A stretch of DNA of 64,000 nt from the human T2T-CHM13v2.0 reference genome, Homo sapiens, in assembly GCF_009914755.1 (NCBI RefSeq), contig NC_060928.1, one strand, 5' to 3'. Position numbers and translations under genes: made by a program. A model generated the notes under the pieces. That model saw only the letters and a program-made list of their open reading frames with translations, did no database searches and was not told the origin of the DNA. Below are positions 1 to 13,900 of this stretch, piece after piece. Numbering within the stretch: position 1 is the first letter of the stretch; every line of letters starts with the position of its first letter.

Positions 1-170
1 AGCATTAGGAGAAATACCTTATGTAAATGACGAGTTAACGGATGCAGCACACCAACATGGCACATGTATACATATGTAACAAACCTGCACGTTGTGCACA
101 TGTACCCTAGAACTTAAAGGATAATAAAAATATATATATAAAATAAAAAATAAAAATAAAAATTAAAAAA
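1..170 (+). mobile_element. L1PA 3' end with poly(A) tail
   Basis: Canonical L1PA 3' UTR (gcagcacaccaacatggcacatgtatac...tgtaccctagaacttaaag) followed by an A-rich tail. Confidence 0.9.
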
Positions 171-691
171 TTTCAATATACCCAAACCACAGCAATTTCT
201 ACAGGGCTATTCACGTTATCTATGTCAGACTGAGTTGTGATGATTTGTATTTTTCAACTAACTGGCCCATCTCATCTAACTTGTAAACTTATGTATATGG
301 AATTGTTCATAGTATTCTCTTATTATCCGTTTGATGTCTGCAGTGATATCCTTGTCTCTGACACCATTTCTGACAATGGTCATTTCTGTCTTCTTTTTTT
401 GGTCAGTCTTTCAATTTTATTGATTTTTTTCAGAGAACCAGCTCTGTTTCATTGATATTCACTATTGTTACTCTTTTCAATTGTACTGATTTCTACTCTT
501 ATAATTTCTTTTGCTTGCTTTGAGTTTATTTTGCTATTCTTTTTCTAGATTTGTAAGGTAGAAGCATAGATAACTGATTTGAGGCTGTTCTTCTTTTCTA
601 ACATATGCATTTCATGTTACAAGTTTCCTCTCAGCATTCCTTTAGCTGGTCTTCTCAAATTTTAATTGTTGTATTTTCATTTTTAGTTAGT

Positions 692-918
692 TCACTGCGA
701 GCTCCGCCTCCCAGGTTCATGCCATTCTCCTGCCTCAGCCTCCCGAGTAGCTGGGACCACAGGCGCCCGCCACCACGCCCGGCTACTTTTTTGTATTTTT
801 AGTAGAGATGGGGTTTCATCGTGTTAGCCAAGATGGTCTCAAATTCCTGACCTTGCGATCCACCCACCTCGGCCTCCCAAAGTGCTGGGATCACAGGCGT
901 GAGCCACTGTGCCTGGCC
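692..918 (-). mobile_element. AluY-like element lacking its 3' end
   Basis: Alu consensus from tcactgc to ...cctggcc; no T-tail. Confidence 0.9.
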
Positions 919-1507
919 AAGTTAGATCAATATGTTTTTTCAAATTTGTTTTGATATTTCCTGTTTGACCCATGGATACTTAGAAATTTGTTGTTCAGTT
1001 TCCAAGGACTGGACGTTTTCCTATTACCTTTGTGTAACTGATTTCCACTTTGATTCCACTGTGGTTAGTGAACATACTTGTATGATTTCAATATTTTAAA
1101 TTAGTGGAGGTTTATCTTATGAATCAGGATATGGTCTCTCTTCCTGTGTGTTCTGTGGGCACTTGAAAAGAATTTGTAGTCTGCTGTTGTTGAGCGGTAT
1201 GTTGTATAAATGTTGATTAGATCTTGTTGAGTGATGGTGGTGTTTAGTTCTTCTATATTCTTGTTGATTTTCTGTCTAATTGTTCTATCAATTATTGAGA
1301 GAGAGGTGTCAGAGTCTCCAACTATAATTGTGACTTTGTCTATTTCTTCCTCCAGTTCTATTAGTTTTTGCTTTACATATTTTGCAGCTGTCTTTCGGTG
1401 CATATACATTTATGTCTTAAAGGACTGACCCTTTTATCATGTATGTGTTCATAATGTACTTCTCTGGTAATTTTTTTTACTCTAAAACCTACTTGCTCTA
1501 ATATTAA

Positions 1508-1920
<413 letters not shown>

Positions 1921-2334
1921 GAAAACATGCTTTTAAAATGCATTATGCCAAAAGACTTTTAATTGGCATAGACAGGTCACTTACATGTAATGTAATTACT
2001 GATAAGTTAGGGTTTAAGCCTGCCATTTTATTTTTTATTTTCTGTTCTTTCATTCCTGTTTTCTTTTTCCTGACATCCTGTGAGTTAGTTTCTTGAACAT
2101 TTTTTAGAATTCCATTTTGACTTATCAACAGTGTGTTCTGAGTATATATCTTTGTATAACTTTTTAGCGGTTGCTCTAGGTATTATATATACATTATATA
2201 TACATAATTTATATGTGTTATATATACATAATTTATAACCCTCTGGTGTCATCATTTTGTTAGTCTGAATTAAGTACAGAATCCTTACCTCCCTTTACTT
2301 CCCTTTATCTTCCTCCATTTAAAACATAATTGCC

Positions 2335-2638
<304 letters not shown>

Positions 2639-2771
2639 TTGCCTTATATATTTTCTTTACATACATCTAAAACCTTATCAATGTTATAATTTTTGCTTCA
2701 AATATCAAACATAATTTAGAAACTCGAGAAGCAAAAGTATATTGTATTTAACCATATTTTTGCTTACCATG

Positions 2772-3045
2772 TGTCTTAGTCCATTCAGACTACTATAACA
2801 AAATATCATAAACTGCATAGTTTATAACCAAATCTATTTCTCACAGCTACAGAGGCTAAGGCTTAGATCAAGACACTGGCAGACTCAGTGTCTGGTGAGG
2901 GCCTGCTTTCTGGTTCACAAATGGTTCCTTCTAGCTGTGTCTTCACAAGGTAGAATCCGACCTCCCAAAGGCCTCACCTCCTAATACCATCACATTTGTG
3001 ACTAGGTTTCAACATATGAACTTTGGGGCACCACAAATAATACCA
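2772..3045. mobile_element. MaLR LTR (MLT1/MST class), internally deleted
   Basis: Begins tgtcttagtccattcagactactataacaaaatatc; ends aggtttcaacatatgaactttgggg. Confidence 0.7.
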
Positions 3046-4482
3046 GAGTACCATGTTCTTTCTCTCCTCTTGATATTTCAAGATTCTTTCCTTTATTGTG
3101 TCCTTTTGTTTAAAGAACTTCCTTTAGCTATTCTCTTAGGTTGTATTTGCTCTTGACAAGTTTTCCCATTTTTCCTTCATCTGAAAAATGTCTTGATTTC
3201 CCCTTCATTCCTGAAAGATATTTTTGCTGAGTATAGGATTCTAGGTTGACAGTCGTTTTCCTTCAGCACTTGAAAAATGTGCCACTTCTTTCTGGCCTCT
3301 GTGGTTTCTGATGTGAAATTTGCTGTCATTTAAATTGCTTTTCCCCCTATAGGTAAGGCGTCATTTCTCTTTTGCTGTTTTCAAGCCTTTGTCTTTAGTT
3401 TTCAAAAGTTTGACAACGATGTGTCTTGGTGTGGCTTTCTTTGGGTTTATCAGTTTGGGGTTCATTCAACTGGAATCTATAGGCTTCTATCTTTTGCCAA
3501 ATTTGGGAAGTTTTCAACCTTTAATTTTCTGAGTACCTTTTCAGCTCTGCCCTCTTTCTCCCTTTCTTCTAGGACACCAATCACCTAAATATTAGATCTT
3601 TTGCTATAGTCCCACCTGTCTCTGAGGCTATGTCCTTTTTCATCTTAGCTTATTTTCTATGTTCAAATTGGAAAACATCTATTTTTCTATTTTCTAGCTC
3701 ACCAATTATTTCCTCTATCTGTCCATTCTGCTGTTTATTCTAGTCATTGATAGTTTTTGTTTATTTTTGAGTTGTAAAATTTCTATTTTGTTCTTTATAC
3801 TTTTAATAGCTTTGCTCAGACTTTCTATTGCTTTGCAGAGATTCTTTTAAGTTTATTTGTAGTTGCTCATTGAAACATTTATATGATCATAAACATTTAT
3901 AGAGTTTGAGATATTCCTGGTTCTTAGACTGACAAGTAATTTTCAACTGAAACTTCGTAATTTGGGTATTATCTTATGAGAGTCTGGATCTTATTTACAT
4001 ATTTTGTTTTTATTGTATTCCTCTGACTCCACTTTGGCAGAGAAGGGGGAATACCATCTCATTGTTCCTAAGTGGGAGTGGAAGTCCAGGGTTTTTCCCT
4101 TGGCCTCTGAAGACACTCAAGGGGAGGGGTCCCATTGGATAGATACGTAAGTTCCCTTATGGGAACATCAGGCCTCCACTTACGTCTCCCTGGCTAGGAG
4201 GAGAAGAGATACTTCATTACTGTTCTCCATTTAACTTCCCTGATACCATAAGGAAATGACTTTGTTACCTGTGGGTGGTGACTGAAGTCCTGACTGTGCA
4301 TTAGGCTACCTATGATACTACCCTAGCAGGGAGAATGAGCACCCTTTTATTGCCAGGTGGAGGTGAAAGTCCACATGATCTCCACTGACATCATGAGGGA
4401 AGCCTTTCTTACTACCCAGCATAAATGAAAGTCTAAGCTATCTAGTTAACCTTCTCTGTTACCATCCCAGCAGGGAGCTTAG

Positions 4483-4544
4483 AGCATCTCATTACAGCAT
4501 AGAGAGGGTGGTAGCATCTCATTACAGCACAGAGGGGGTGGTAG
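4483..4544. repeat. 30-bp tandem duplication
   Basis: agcatctcattacagca(t/c)agag(a/g)gggtggt repeated twice with 2 mismatches. Confidence 0.9.
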
Positions 4545-4784
4545 TATAGGCTCTCTACTCAGACTTTGCTAGTGTGGGTCAGGGTGGGGCCACAATTTTT
4601 CCTGTGGTGTTTGCAGTAGAGTGGCTACTGTTTTTCTGTCTTTCTAGGCTATCCCTTTCCTGATCATTTGGCTAGATAAGGCAGGCTTTTCTTGGGGCTT
4701 TTCTGTCTATATGTATTGGTGTTTTGGGGTTGCCTACTCCTCCAGCACCTAATCTGGGATATATATGGGGTAAAAAAATACCTA

Positions 4785-5097
4785 GGCCAGGCATGGTGGC
4801 TCACACTGGTAATCCCAGCACTTTGGGAGGCTGAGGTAGGTGGATCACGAGGTCAGGAGTTCAAGACCAGCCTGGCCAAGATGGTGAAACCCCATCTCTA
4901 CTAAAAATACAAAATAATTAACTGGGATTGGTGGCAGGCGCCTGTAATCCCAGCTACTTGGAAGGCTGAGGCAGAGAATTGCTTGAACCCGAGAGGCAGA
5001 GGTTGCGGTGAGCTGAGACTGCGCCACTGCATTCCAGCCTGGGTGACAGAGCAAGACTCCATCTTAAAAAACAAACAAACAAACAAACAAACAAAAA
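4785..5097 (+). mobile_element. Alu (S-like) with (AAAC)n tail
   Basis: Full dimeric Alu consensus. Confidence 0.92.
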
Positions 5098-8000
5098 CCT
5101 AAGCAACTAACTAATATGTTGTTCTTTGAATCCTGAGGTCCCTACCTAGTTGGTCTGCCTTTTTTCTCTCCATCTTTCAGAGTCTTCCTATGTTTGTTTT
5201 CTTTATTTTATATATTAATGTTTGGGGTTTTCAGTTGTACTCATTGGGAGAAATGGGGAAAAGTATATCTGTCCTATCTTCCTGAAAGTGGAAGTCCTCA
5301 TGGAATTTTAGATCACCCACCTCATTTTCGCTGCCAAGGTTTTGCCAACCCCTCTCTTTAACCATAGAAATCATGCTAACTCTTGAGAAAACTCTTAATT
5401 TTAACCTTAATTCTAACTATTATGAAGGCTTTCCCAATTACTCTGCTCACAATGAGTCTTCATCTTTCTAACTTTTCTTTGGACTTCTGTAGTCTGTTTT
5501 GGTATTTAAATATAGTTGGTCTTCTGTGAGATCCTGGGTAAATCTGAGTCTCAATTTTTTTATTTTTGAAATAAGAATGACACTGGTCTCTTAACTATTT
5601 GATGAGATTTTTAAATAAGCATTAAATGTAAAAATGGGAATGAAAAACTATGTTTGTTAAATGTGAGGCATTACTATATCGCAAAAGTTCTGTGTAAGGT
5701 TTATTTCCCCCTTATGAATTATAAATTATTTGGGGAAGAGGATATCTCAGATTCTCTCACTGTATTTCTCTACAAGAACTAGCCCAAATGGCAGAATTAA
5801 ACTCTTTGTTCTTAGAGATATACTCTAGATGTTCATATTGAACTACCAGAACTAATACAAGCAACAACTCCCATTCCACTACTACTTGTCAAGCAAACAC
5901 ATAAACAACTAATCCATGCCCCATTATTACATTCATGTGTATGTCAACAGACACAGGTATTATTCAAATAGTCTCTGAAATACTTGGGAATCTTTGAAGA
6001 TAATGTAGATGGGTATGTTTTAAAGACATCTACATCAGAAAAAAGGAAAGGGACTTATTTCATTAAAATATTTTTTTAAAATATGTTTACATGTATTTTG
6101 CAAGTCACTTTACATGTAAATAAAATATTCCCCTCTTGGGAAACATATAATCCTAACTGGAAGGACAAAATAGCTATATGAACATATGAGTTCATTTAGT
6201 CCATTCTCCTTGAGAGCAATCTTTTTTATTTTTAAAGCTTTACAAAACACACAAATGAAACATCTCTTCATTTAATTACTAATTACCTCTTCTTTTTCTA
6301 TTCTTGAAGGAAATGAAAGCAAGTAGTTTCCATTTTCTGTAAAAAGTGTTTTAGTAATTACAGAGCAATCAATCCATACTTTAGCTTTTATAAAAAAGAC
6401 AATAGTATTGTCTTTGCTCAGAGATAAATGGCTTAGTATTCCAAAAACAGACTGATTGGTTAAAAATAAAATAAGATGATACAGAAGATAATGAGAAGAT
6501 CCTGTGTGCTAAATGAATGAAACCTGCCATTTCTGTGTGATGATGCCATCTGTAATATTTTCTAATTAACTACTGTTACTCGCCAAGCGTGTGTGGATTA
6601 CAACTTGAGTTTTCTATGCAGTTTCCACTCAGTGAAAAATGGGCTCATCAGCCAATTCCCTATTCTGATCCTCTTTGGGACTAATAAACTGGCATTCTGA
6701 TTTACAGGTAATCTCTTTGTGTATTGAACAATGTATCCTCTCCTCAGATATAAATCACTTCCCGGCATGTTGGTAAGTATTAAGTTTCTAGTTTTGCAAA
6801 GCAGAGCACTAAACTCTGAAATGTACCACATGAAAGTGTAACCAGTTTTGTAAAACCCCACTGAGTGTCTAGCGGGCTTCCTTAGGTGACATCTATGTTG
6901 CTAACCTATTCAAAACGCAACACAGGCTGCAGAAATATGTTACATACATTTAGTGTTATTCAAAGATGCTAACATGACTTCAATATAGAAGTGGAAGAAA
7001 TAGTTTAATGTTCTTAGCATTAATAAAGAATTAACATTGAAATCACTTAGCAGATCACAAACATACAAATAACCCACTGCCAAAATATTTTAAACATTTT
7101 TAAAACTCAAAAAATTTTAAATTAAATTTGTGGAACTCATAAATCTAAACTCACTTTTAGCTTTTGGGGGAATATATGATAATAAATTAGCTATTTAAAG
7201 ATTTCAGTTACTTTTTCTGGTAACTCTGTGACTGCATACATTAGGCTCAAGCTATAAAACAAATTAAACAAATATTTATTGTATTTGACAATTCCATCAG
7301 AAATTTCCCAACTTTCTGTACTATTGAATTATAAATTAACCTAAGTGCTATTATCTGTGTTTTTTTAAAATGAAAGCTTTATCTTTGTTTAATAAAGGTG
7401 TGTATTTGGAGGAAATAAAATAATGGCACTATTTTCTGGATACATTCTTCAGGTAATGAACTGACGGAAATGTAATTTGCAAGTTAGTGTTTTGGAGTAA
7501 AGCTTTTCCTGTACTTTCAACATGCCACTTTTACTTTAAGGAAACAAACTGAGACAGCTCTCGCTGTCACAGTGGTATTTTACTTTCACCAGCACCACTT
7601 TGGCAGTGGCTTTTATTGGAATATATTATTAATTCCCAAATGTATTTTCCTTGGCAACTTCCTTCAAGAAATAAAACTGTTTTGGAAACAATCTTAACGG
7701 TATTTTCATGAAGGACCAATTGCTTCTTCTACCTTTTTGGAAGATGTTTAAAATGAGTATCTACTTCCAGTTATTCTAAGACCCCACCATTGTACTGTAA
7801 ACATTATACACTGGGTTTATGAATGCCAAATTCACAAGAATGAACAATCACAAATTTAGGCATTTAACTATGAATTAGAAATTAATTATTACAAATAAAT
7901 TGTATTTAACAAAATATAAAACTACAAAATCACTTCTCTGACATTTATTAAATTGGCAAAAAATTTAAAGAATATTGGGATGGAAAATAAAAAAATAAAT

Positions 8001-8521
8001 AGTAGGCAAGAGGAAAGATATTAATTTTTAAAAAGAAAAAAATAACATTAGCTAAAACTACATATATAAAATGAAAAAACTGGGCAAAGTTTAATAGAAA
8101 TAAAAGAACACTGGGGAGCTATTTCTTAAATATCCAAATTCCACACAGTCTCTTGTACCTTAAAAACTCAAAAAAACTATATTTTGCTTTTAGTTCATTT
8201 AGAACCAGATGACAATACGCTAGAAGCTCATGCATAATCATCACCCTATTTGTTCCTGGTAAACAAGAAAGCATGCATATGTGCCTAGAAAAGTTACTTG
8301 AGACTGTATCAGAACTGGAATGTTGCTTTTGTGAAGCCAAACTGCATTTGTTTGCCTTCGGGTATAACCAGTTAATACTGAAGTTTTAAAGGATTTTCCA
8401 GACTCTTGCTTGTGCTGGTCTCTAAATGCACCAGTCCAAAAGCAGAACTTAATATTCTGAAACGCCGTAAAGTGAATTCTAAAGACAGCTTAGTAAAATT
8501 GCTTTAAAAGGTTTACTTTAC

Positions 8522-8667
8522 TTTTAAAAGCATCTGTTGCTCCAGGTGCATGGTTTTTGTCTGGATGAAACTTCAAAGCAAGCTTTCTATAAGCTTTTTT
8601 CAAATCTTCATCACCAGCATCTTTCGTAACTCCAAGTACTTCATAGTAATTTTTACATTTGTTTATG
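8522..8667 (-). CDS. DNAJB14: DNAJB14 exon 3 (146 bp), N-terminal part of the J-domain with HPD motif
   Basis: Translates (S)[48 protein letters not shown]; ttcacag| acceptor and AAA|gtaaag donor. Later exons lie outside the window. Confidence 0.96.
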
Positions 8668-9184
8668 CTGTGAACAAGAGAGTGTGTTATAATGTAAATT
8701 TCAAGGAAGACGGTCATGTAATATCTCTAATTTTTAATTTATTAGAATACTATAAAGAACTATCTGTGGACTCTTTCTCAAAATCTAATGAAGGCTTATC
8801 CCTTTAAGGATTAGTCTGCTTCATTCTCTTTTTCGACCACAGACCATTCCTCCAACCTCTTCCCGAATCTAAGAAGAGTAAACCATGAAAATGTCCTTAG
8901 TGTAATGTATCACAACTACAGAGAAGTAAACAAAGCCCATAATAATTGTGGATGAAAGTCAGAGCATATATTGTAACTAAAATGAGACAATAATAATAAT
9001 TTTTTAGTACTTGTAAGTGGATAAATAAATTCCAAAACTCCTCAAAAGTATGTCACAGCTAAGAATGAACATGCATTACATTCCAAAAATTTTGTTCTTG
9101 CATAATGTAGATCTAACCAACTATCAAAGCAACAGTTTAGTACACGCAAAACAACAGCAGTATTCTATGGTTTAAATGTCAATA

Positions 9185-9320
9185 TTTATTTATTTTTGAT
9201 ATAGATGGGGTCTTGTTATGTTGGGGCTGAGGCTAGTCTTGAAATTCGGGCCTCAAATGATCCTCCCATCTCAGCCTTCCAAAGTGCTGGGATTATAGGC
9301 ATAAACCACTGCACCCGGCC
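9185..9320 (-). mobile_element. Alu left monomer (FLAM-like)
   Basis: Single Alu arm with T-rich tail. Confidence 0.8.
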
Positions 9321-10253
9321 ATCCCCGTTATGCCAAAGATAATTTATCTGTATCACTCTCTGAAAAAGATAACATCTCATGATAAAATATAACACGTGAC
9401 TCAAAAAATGTTATCCCTGATTTTCATTGTGATAAGCACATTTCTAAAGATTATATACATACAGTTTGTACCTTAAAGATTTAAGAGATTTAAGCCTGAA
9501 ATCTTTAAAGTATATTAGGATTAGAAAATAAATACTCTGAATGGAACAGAGAACATTACGTACATGTGGATGCCAACCTTCTTCCACAACCTAGTAATTT
9601 ACTTTCACAAAAGCCACAGTACATTTTCAAAATTTTTGGAGAGTACTTTGCAACTTTAGATGTGTTCCATGTGCAGGTGGCTTGATGACAGAGTTAGTGA
9701 CAGGCAAAATGATCTAGGGTATAAGTGGACACTGGCAGCAAAAGAACTGCAAAGACTGACTCAAAGTTTTCAAAGAAAAGAGACAAGATTTTTTTTTTTT
9801 TTTTTTTACTATTACACCTATTAGTTATCACAGTGCTTGGCACACAAAAGGATCTCAGTAAATATTTTTGAAGTAAATGAGCCTTAGCTTTCTTTATATA
9901 ATGAAGGCATCTATCATTTGTTATATGAACTTGGGGGTAAAAAGGGAAAGTAATATAAAATTGTACAAATTTACAGAAATTAAAATTGGATTTTTCTACT
10001 TTAGATACTTAAAAACATTAACATACATCAATTTTATTCCAAAAACATGACATTTCCTTTATTTAGTCAATAATATTTATTGAATACTAACTATGCCCAG
10101 ACAGTGTTCTAGGCATTTGACATATATCTGTAAACAAAAAAAGAGAATGATCCCACCTGTGTAGAGACTCATTCTCCTAGAAATGTTTAGAAGCTATGTG
10201 ATAGAAAAAAAGGAAATGGGGGGCATTTATAAAATACCTACTGTGTGTTAGGT

Positions 10254-10930
10254 ACAGGTCCACCATCCCATATCAATGTTCCAATATCCATAAAGCTCTG
10301 AAAAATCAAAGTTATTCTATAACTAATTTGACTGCATAAAAAACTGAATTCAACTGTAGATTTTGCCTCTAGGCAAAAATCTGACCGAAAAGATGTGAAG
10401 CTACTACAGAATCTTCATTTATCCCATTTAAGTGTGAATACCTGTATGTTTTGCTGTAGAAATGTTACTATTTGTTATGGACTGCTGCCCTAGACTCTAA
10501 GATGTATAATATAAAATACACTGTCATCCCTTGGTATCCACAGGGGATTAGTTCCAGGATCCTCCCTCCTTGAATACCAAAATCTACAGATGCTCAAATC
10601 CCTGATATAAAATGGTACAGTATTTACATACAACCTTTACACATCTTCCCATGTACTTTAAATAATCTCTAGGTTATAAATAGTACCTAAGACAATGTAA
10701 ATGCTACGTAAATGGTTGTTACACTATATTGGTTGTTTAATTTGTATTATTTTTTATTGTTGTATTGTTATTTTTCACCAAATACTTTCAATTCAAAGTT
10801 GGTTAAATCCACAGATGCAGAACCCATAGATGTGGAGAGCCGACTATATTAGTACCTTTCTAAAATATGAAGAATTCTGAATTCCAAATTGCATTTGGTC
10901 ACAAAGATTTCACATAAAGAATTGTAGAAT
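10254..10930. mobile_element. Tigger-family DNA transposon (MER46-like) with nested MER2 at about 10519-10846
   Basis: MER2 signature (gtcatcccttggtatccacaggggattagttccagga...gatgctcaaatccctgatataaaatgg) inside an element that starts caggtccaccatccc. Confidence 0.65.
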
Positions 10931-13900
10931 TTTATTATACTGATTATTTTACACAAATTATCTCATTTACTCCTCATTTGGTAGATATTATTCCTATTTA
11001 ACCAATAAGGAAACCAATCTTTGAATGGTTAAGTAAATTGCCTAAATTCACATAACCAAGTAACAGATGAGAATAAGGACTTATTTCTTCAACAAAAATT
11101 TACTAACCATTTACTTTCTGTTAGGCACAATTTCAGATGCTACAGTGGTGAATAAAACAGTCAAAATCACATTAAATTTACAATTGGGAGAAAAACAAGC
11201 AATAAACAAATATATAAGTAAAATATAATGTACATCATATGGTGATAAATATCTGGAGAAAAATAAAGAAGCTAATAGAAACAGAGAAAGGAAGGGCAGG
11301 CCTTCTATTTCAAATAAGTAATAAAGGAAGGCCTCACAGTTAAGAATTCAAATCTGTTTATCTGACTTGAAAATCTTGCTGTCTCAGAACTGGAATACAG
11401 AAAAAAGGATACCCTTCAGACTTCAAAGTGACCTATCATCTTCCTATTTCTTTCTTACCATCAGTATTGAAGCTGACTCTCTTACCTCCTAGATCTTTGC
11501 AATTGCTTTTGGTGCTGAGCACACCTTCTCTGCCTCTCTTCTTGGTTAGCTAGTTTCTACAACTTCTCCGGACCCTGACTTAGCTCTTCCTTTTCCTAAG
11601 AATCCAAATTCCTCAGGACTAGGTTTGCTGCCCCTCTTATATCCTCCCCACATCCTCTGAACTTAGCCTTATCCCAACAATTACCAAAGTGTACTACAGT
11701 TGCCTCTTTACTTGTCTGATAACACTTCTAGATCACAGATTCTTTGAAGGCAGGGATTATGTTTTGTTCACCATATATGTTGGATGGATGGACAAATGAC
11801 TTTCAATTTGAGAGCAGAAATGGTGAGGATCTAAAAAGTCACGTTCAGATCAAATGTGATGAATGCTGTCATGAAAATGTAGTTAGTACTAAAAATCATT
11901 TGGAATAGAAGAGAAGCAGTTAATAGAAGTGAAACAGACTGTGAGACAAGGTGGAGAGGTACGAATATGGCAGACACTACCTGAATGCAAAAAATAAAAG
12001 GTAAATTAAACACTGAACAATCCTAAAGCCATTACTACTTGGTTTGAGTGTGTAGGATGTTTAATTATGTTCCAGATTAAGCCTCTAAATTGTCTTGTTT
12101 ATAATTACTGAGCACAAAAGCCTGGTCAACTTAAAAAGACAGCTGGATACTGTAGACAAAGTAGGTGAAAATTTGCAGTGCTCTAGATAGGGTCATAAAG
12201 CTAAGAATTGCCACAGACAAACAAAAAAAAAAGGGGGGGCCAGACATGAAAAACAGTTATTTCACTAACTCTTAGCTGTATCCAGCTCCACCATATCTCC
12301 TCTGCACTAAATTTTTCATCATATATTAGAGAAGAAATTCTTGAGAAGCCAGAAGTTACAGTCATCATCACCAATGGACAGCCTGAAGACTATGTATTTG
12401 AAGTAATGCTCCAAATATACCCATTCACCTAAGTTTTCACACCTGAATGAGAAATTATCATTCATATAATTATTTTCATTCATACTGTTGTTCATCATGC
12501 TCCTTTTCATCAGCTACATGTGTTTGTCACACTTTTTACAATCTGCTGCTTTCTAAAAGAGTAAAACCTTCTCCTGCCTCACTGAAGAATTAAAAGAAAT
12601 TAAAAAGGAGTAACCCATTACCTATCTTGGAAGGAAATAATGTACAACAAGGCCAAAAGGATCTGTGTGGAGCTCAACAATGGGAAAACTCTGCCTGGTC
12701 CAGACTTTATATCTTCTCTTATGTGCATGGAAGCATAGTTGGTGGGAGAGGAAGGTCATTTTTCGATTCTCTTTTTTTCATGTGTGCTATATAGCTAATT
12801 ATTTAAATATACTCCAAATTTAACTAGTGTTTAAGGAAACATTTATTTATTCCTGAGAAAAAGAATTACTTATTTTATAAGTTTAGCGAAATGATTTCTT
12901 CTGAAAGAACGGAAGCTTAAATCAAATCTTAAATTCAAATCCCCATAATTAACAGTTGTACAGTGTTTCTAATTGATAAATACAATGATACTCCAGTTAA
13001 TAATTTCACACTGATCTTGTAAAGTTTTAAAGTTTTTCAATGGTATGTTAAAAATTTCAAATAAGATCCATGACAACTTTGTCTCAATTATTTTTCAATA
13101 CACTTCAACTCAAAAAAAACAAATCGCCAAGTTTAACAGAATATTAGTTTACAAAGTTACACACTTTCTCTTCAGTCTTACTGTAAGCTAGCTCTTACTT
13201 ATGCAATGGATGCAGTATTATTGCAAGACTTCTCCCCATTGAGCCAAATTGTCACTGAGCAACTTGTTTGCATAATCGTGCTAACCAACAAGATAACATG
13301 GCTTTCTTCAGAAAAATCCCCTGTGTATAGGTAAAAGAAAAAACAAAAACATACATCATGTAAGTGTTTGCTGGTGATCTGTACCCTCACTAAAGCAACA
13401 CTTATGAAGGCTAATATAAGAGAAAAGGTATATTCAGCTAAGAAACTCACATAAAGTACAGACTAAAGTATTTTGAAAACTTGGGGATTCTCTTAGAGAC
13501 TGTTCCAATCATATTTAGTCCCCAAAAGAAAAAAAAATTACATTTAATTAAAAAGGTATAATGAGATTATTGACCAGAGGACCAATCTCTAATACAGGTA
13601 TACTACTAAGCTATTTCTTCCACTCTTAAAGAATTCATGGTCCCAAATGTGGCTGGGCCTTAAAACTAAATCAGCAATACTTCATTCCCTTTGCTTTTCT
13701 CCTCTGCAAATATTCCATACTTTTACCACTCTCTTAAGCTTTCAACCTCATCTCTTTTCTTCTAACTCTCAGAAGACAGCCTCATCTCCAATTTGACAGA
13801 GAAAACAGAAAAATTCCTTCCACCTTTTATGTCTCCACCTGTATGTCTGTATGTCTCTGGCCACATACAGAGTGTATCTACACTCAGCATCATCTTTCAT

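Noticed and set aside
4483-4544. 30-bp direct repeats as a CRISPR-like array
   Set aside because: Only two adjacent copies with no spacer, inside an old L1 in eukaryotic DNA.
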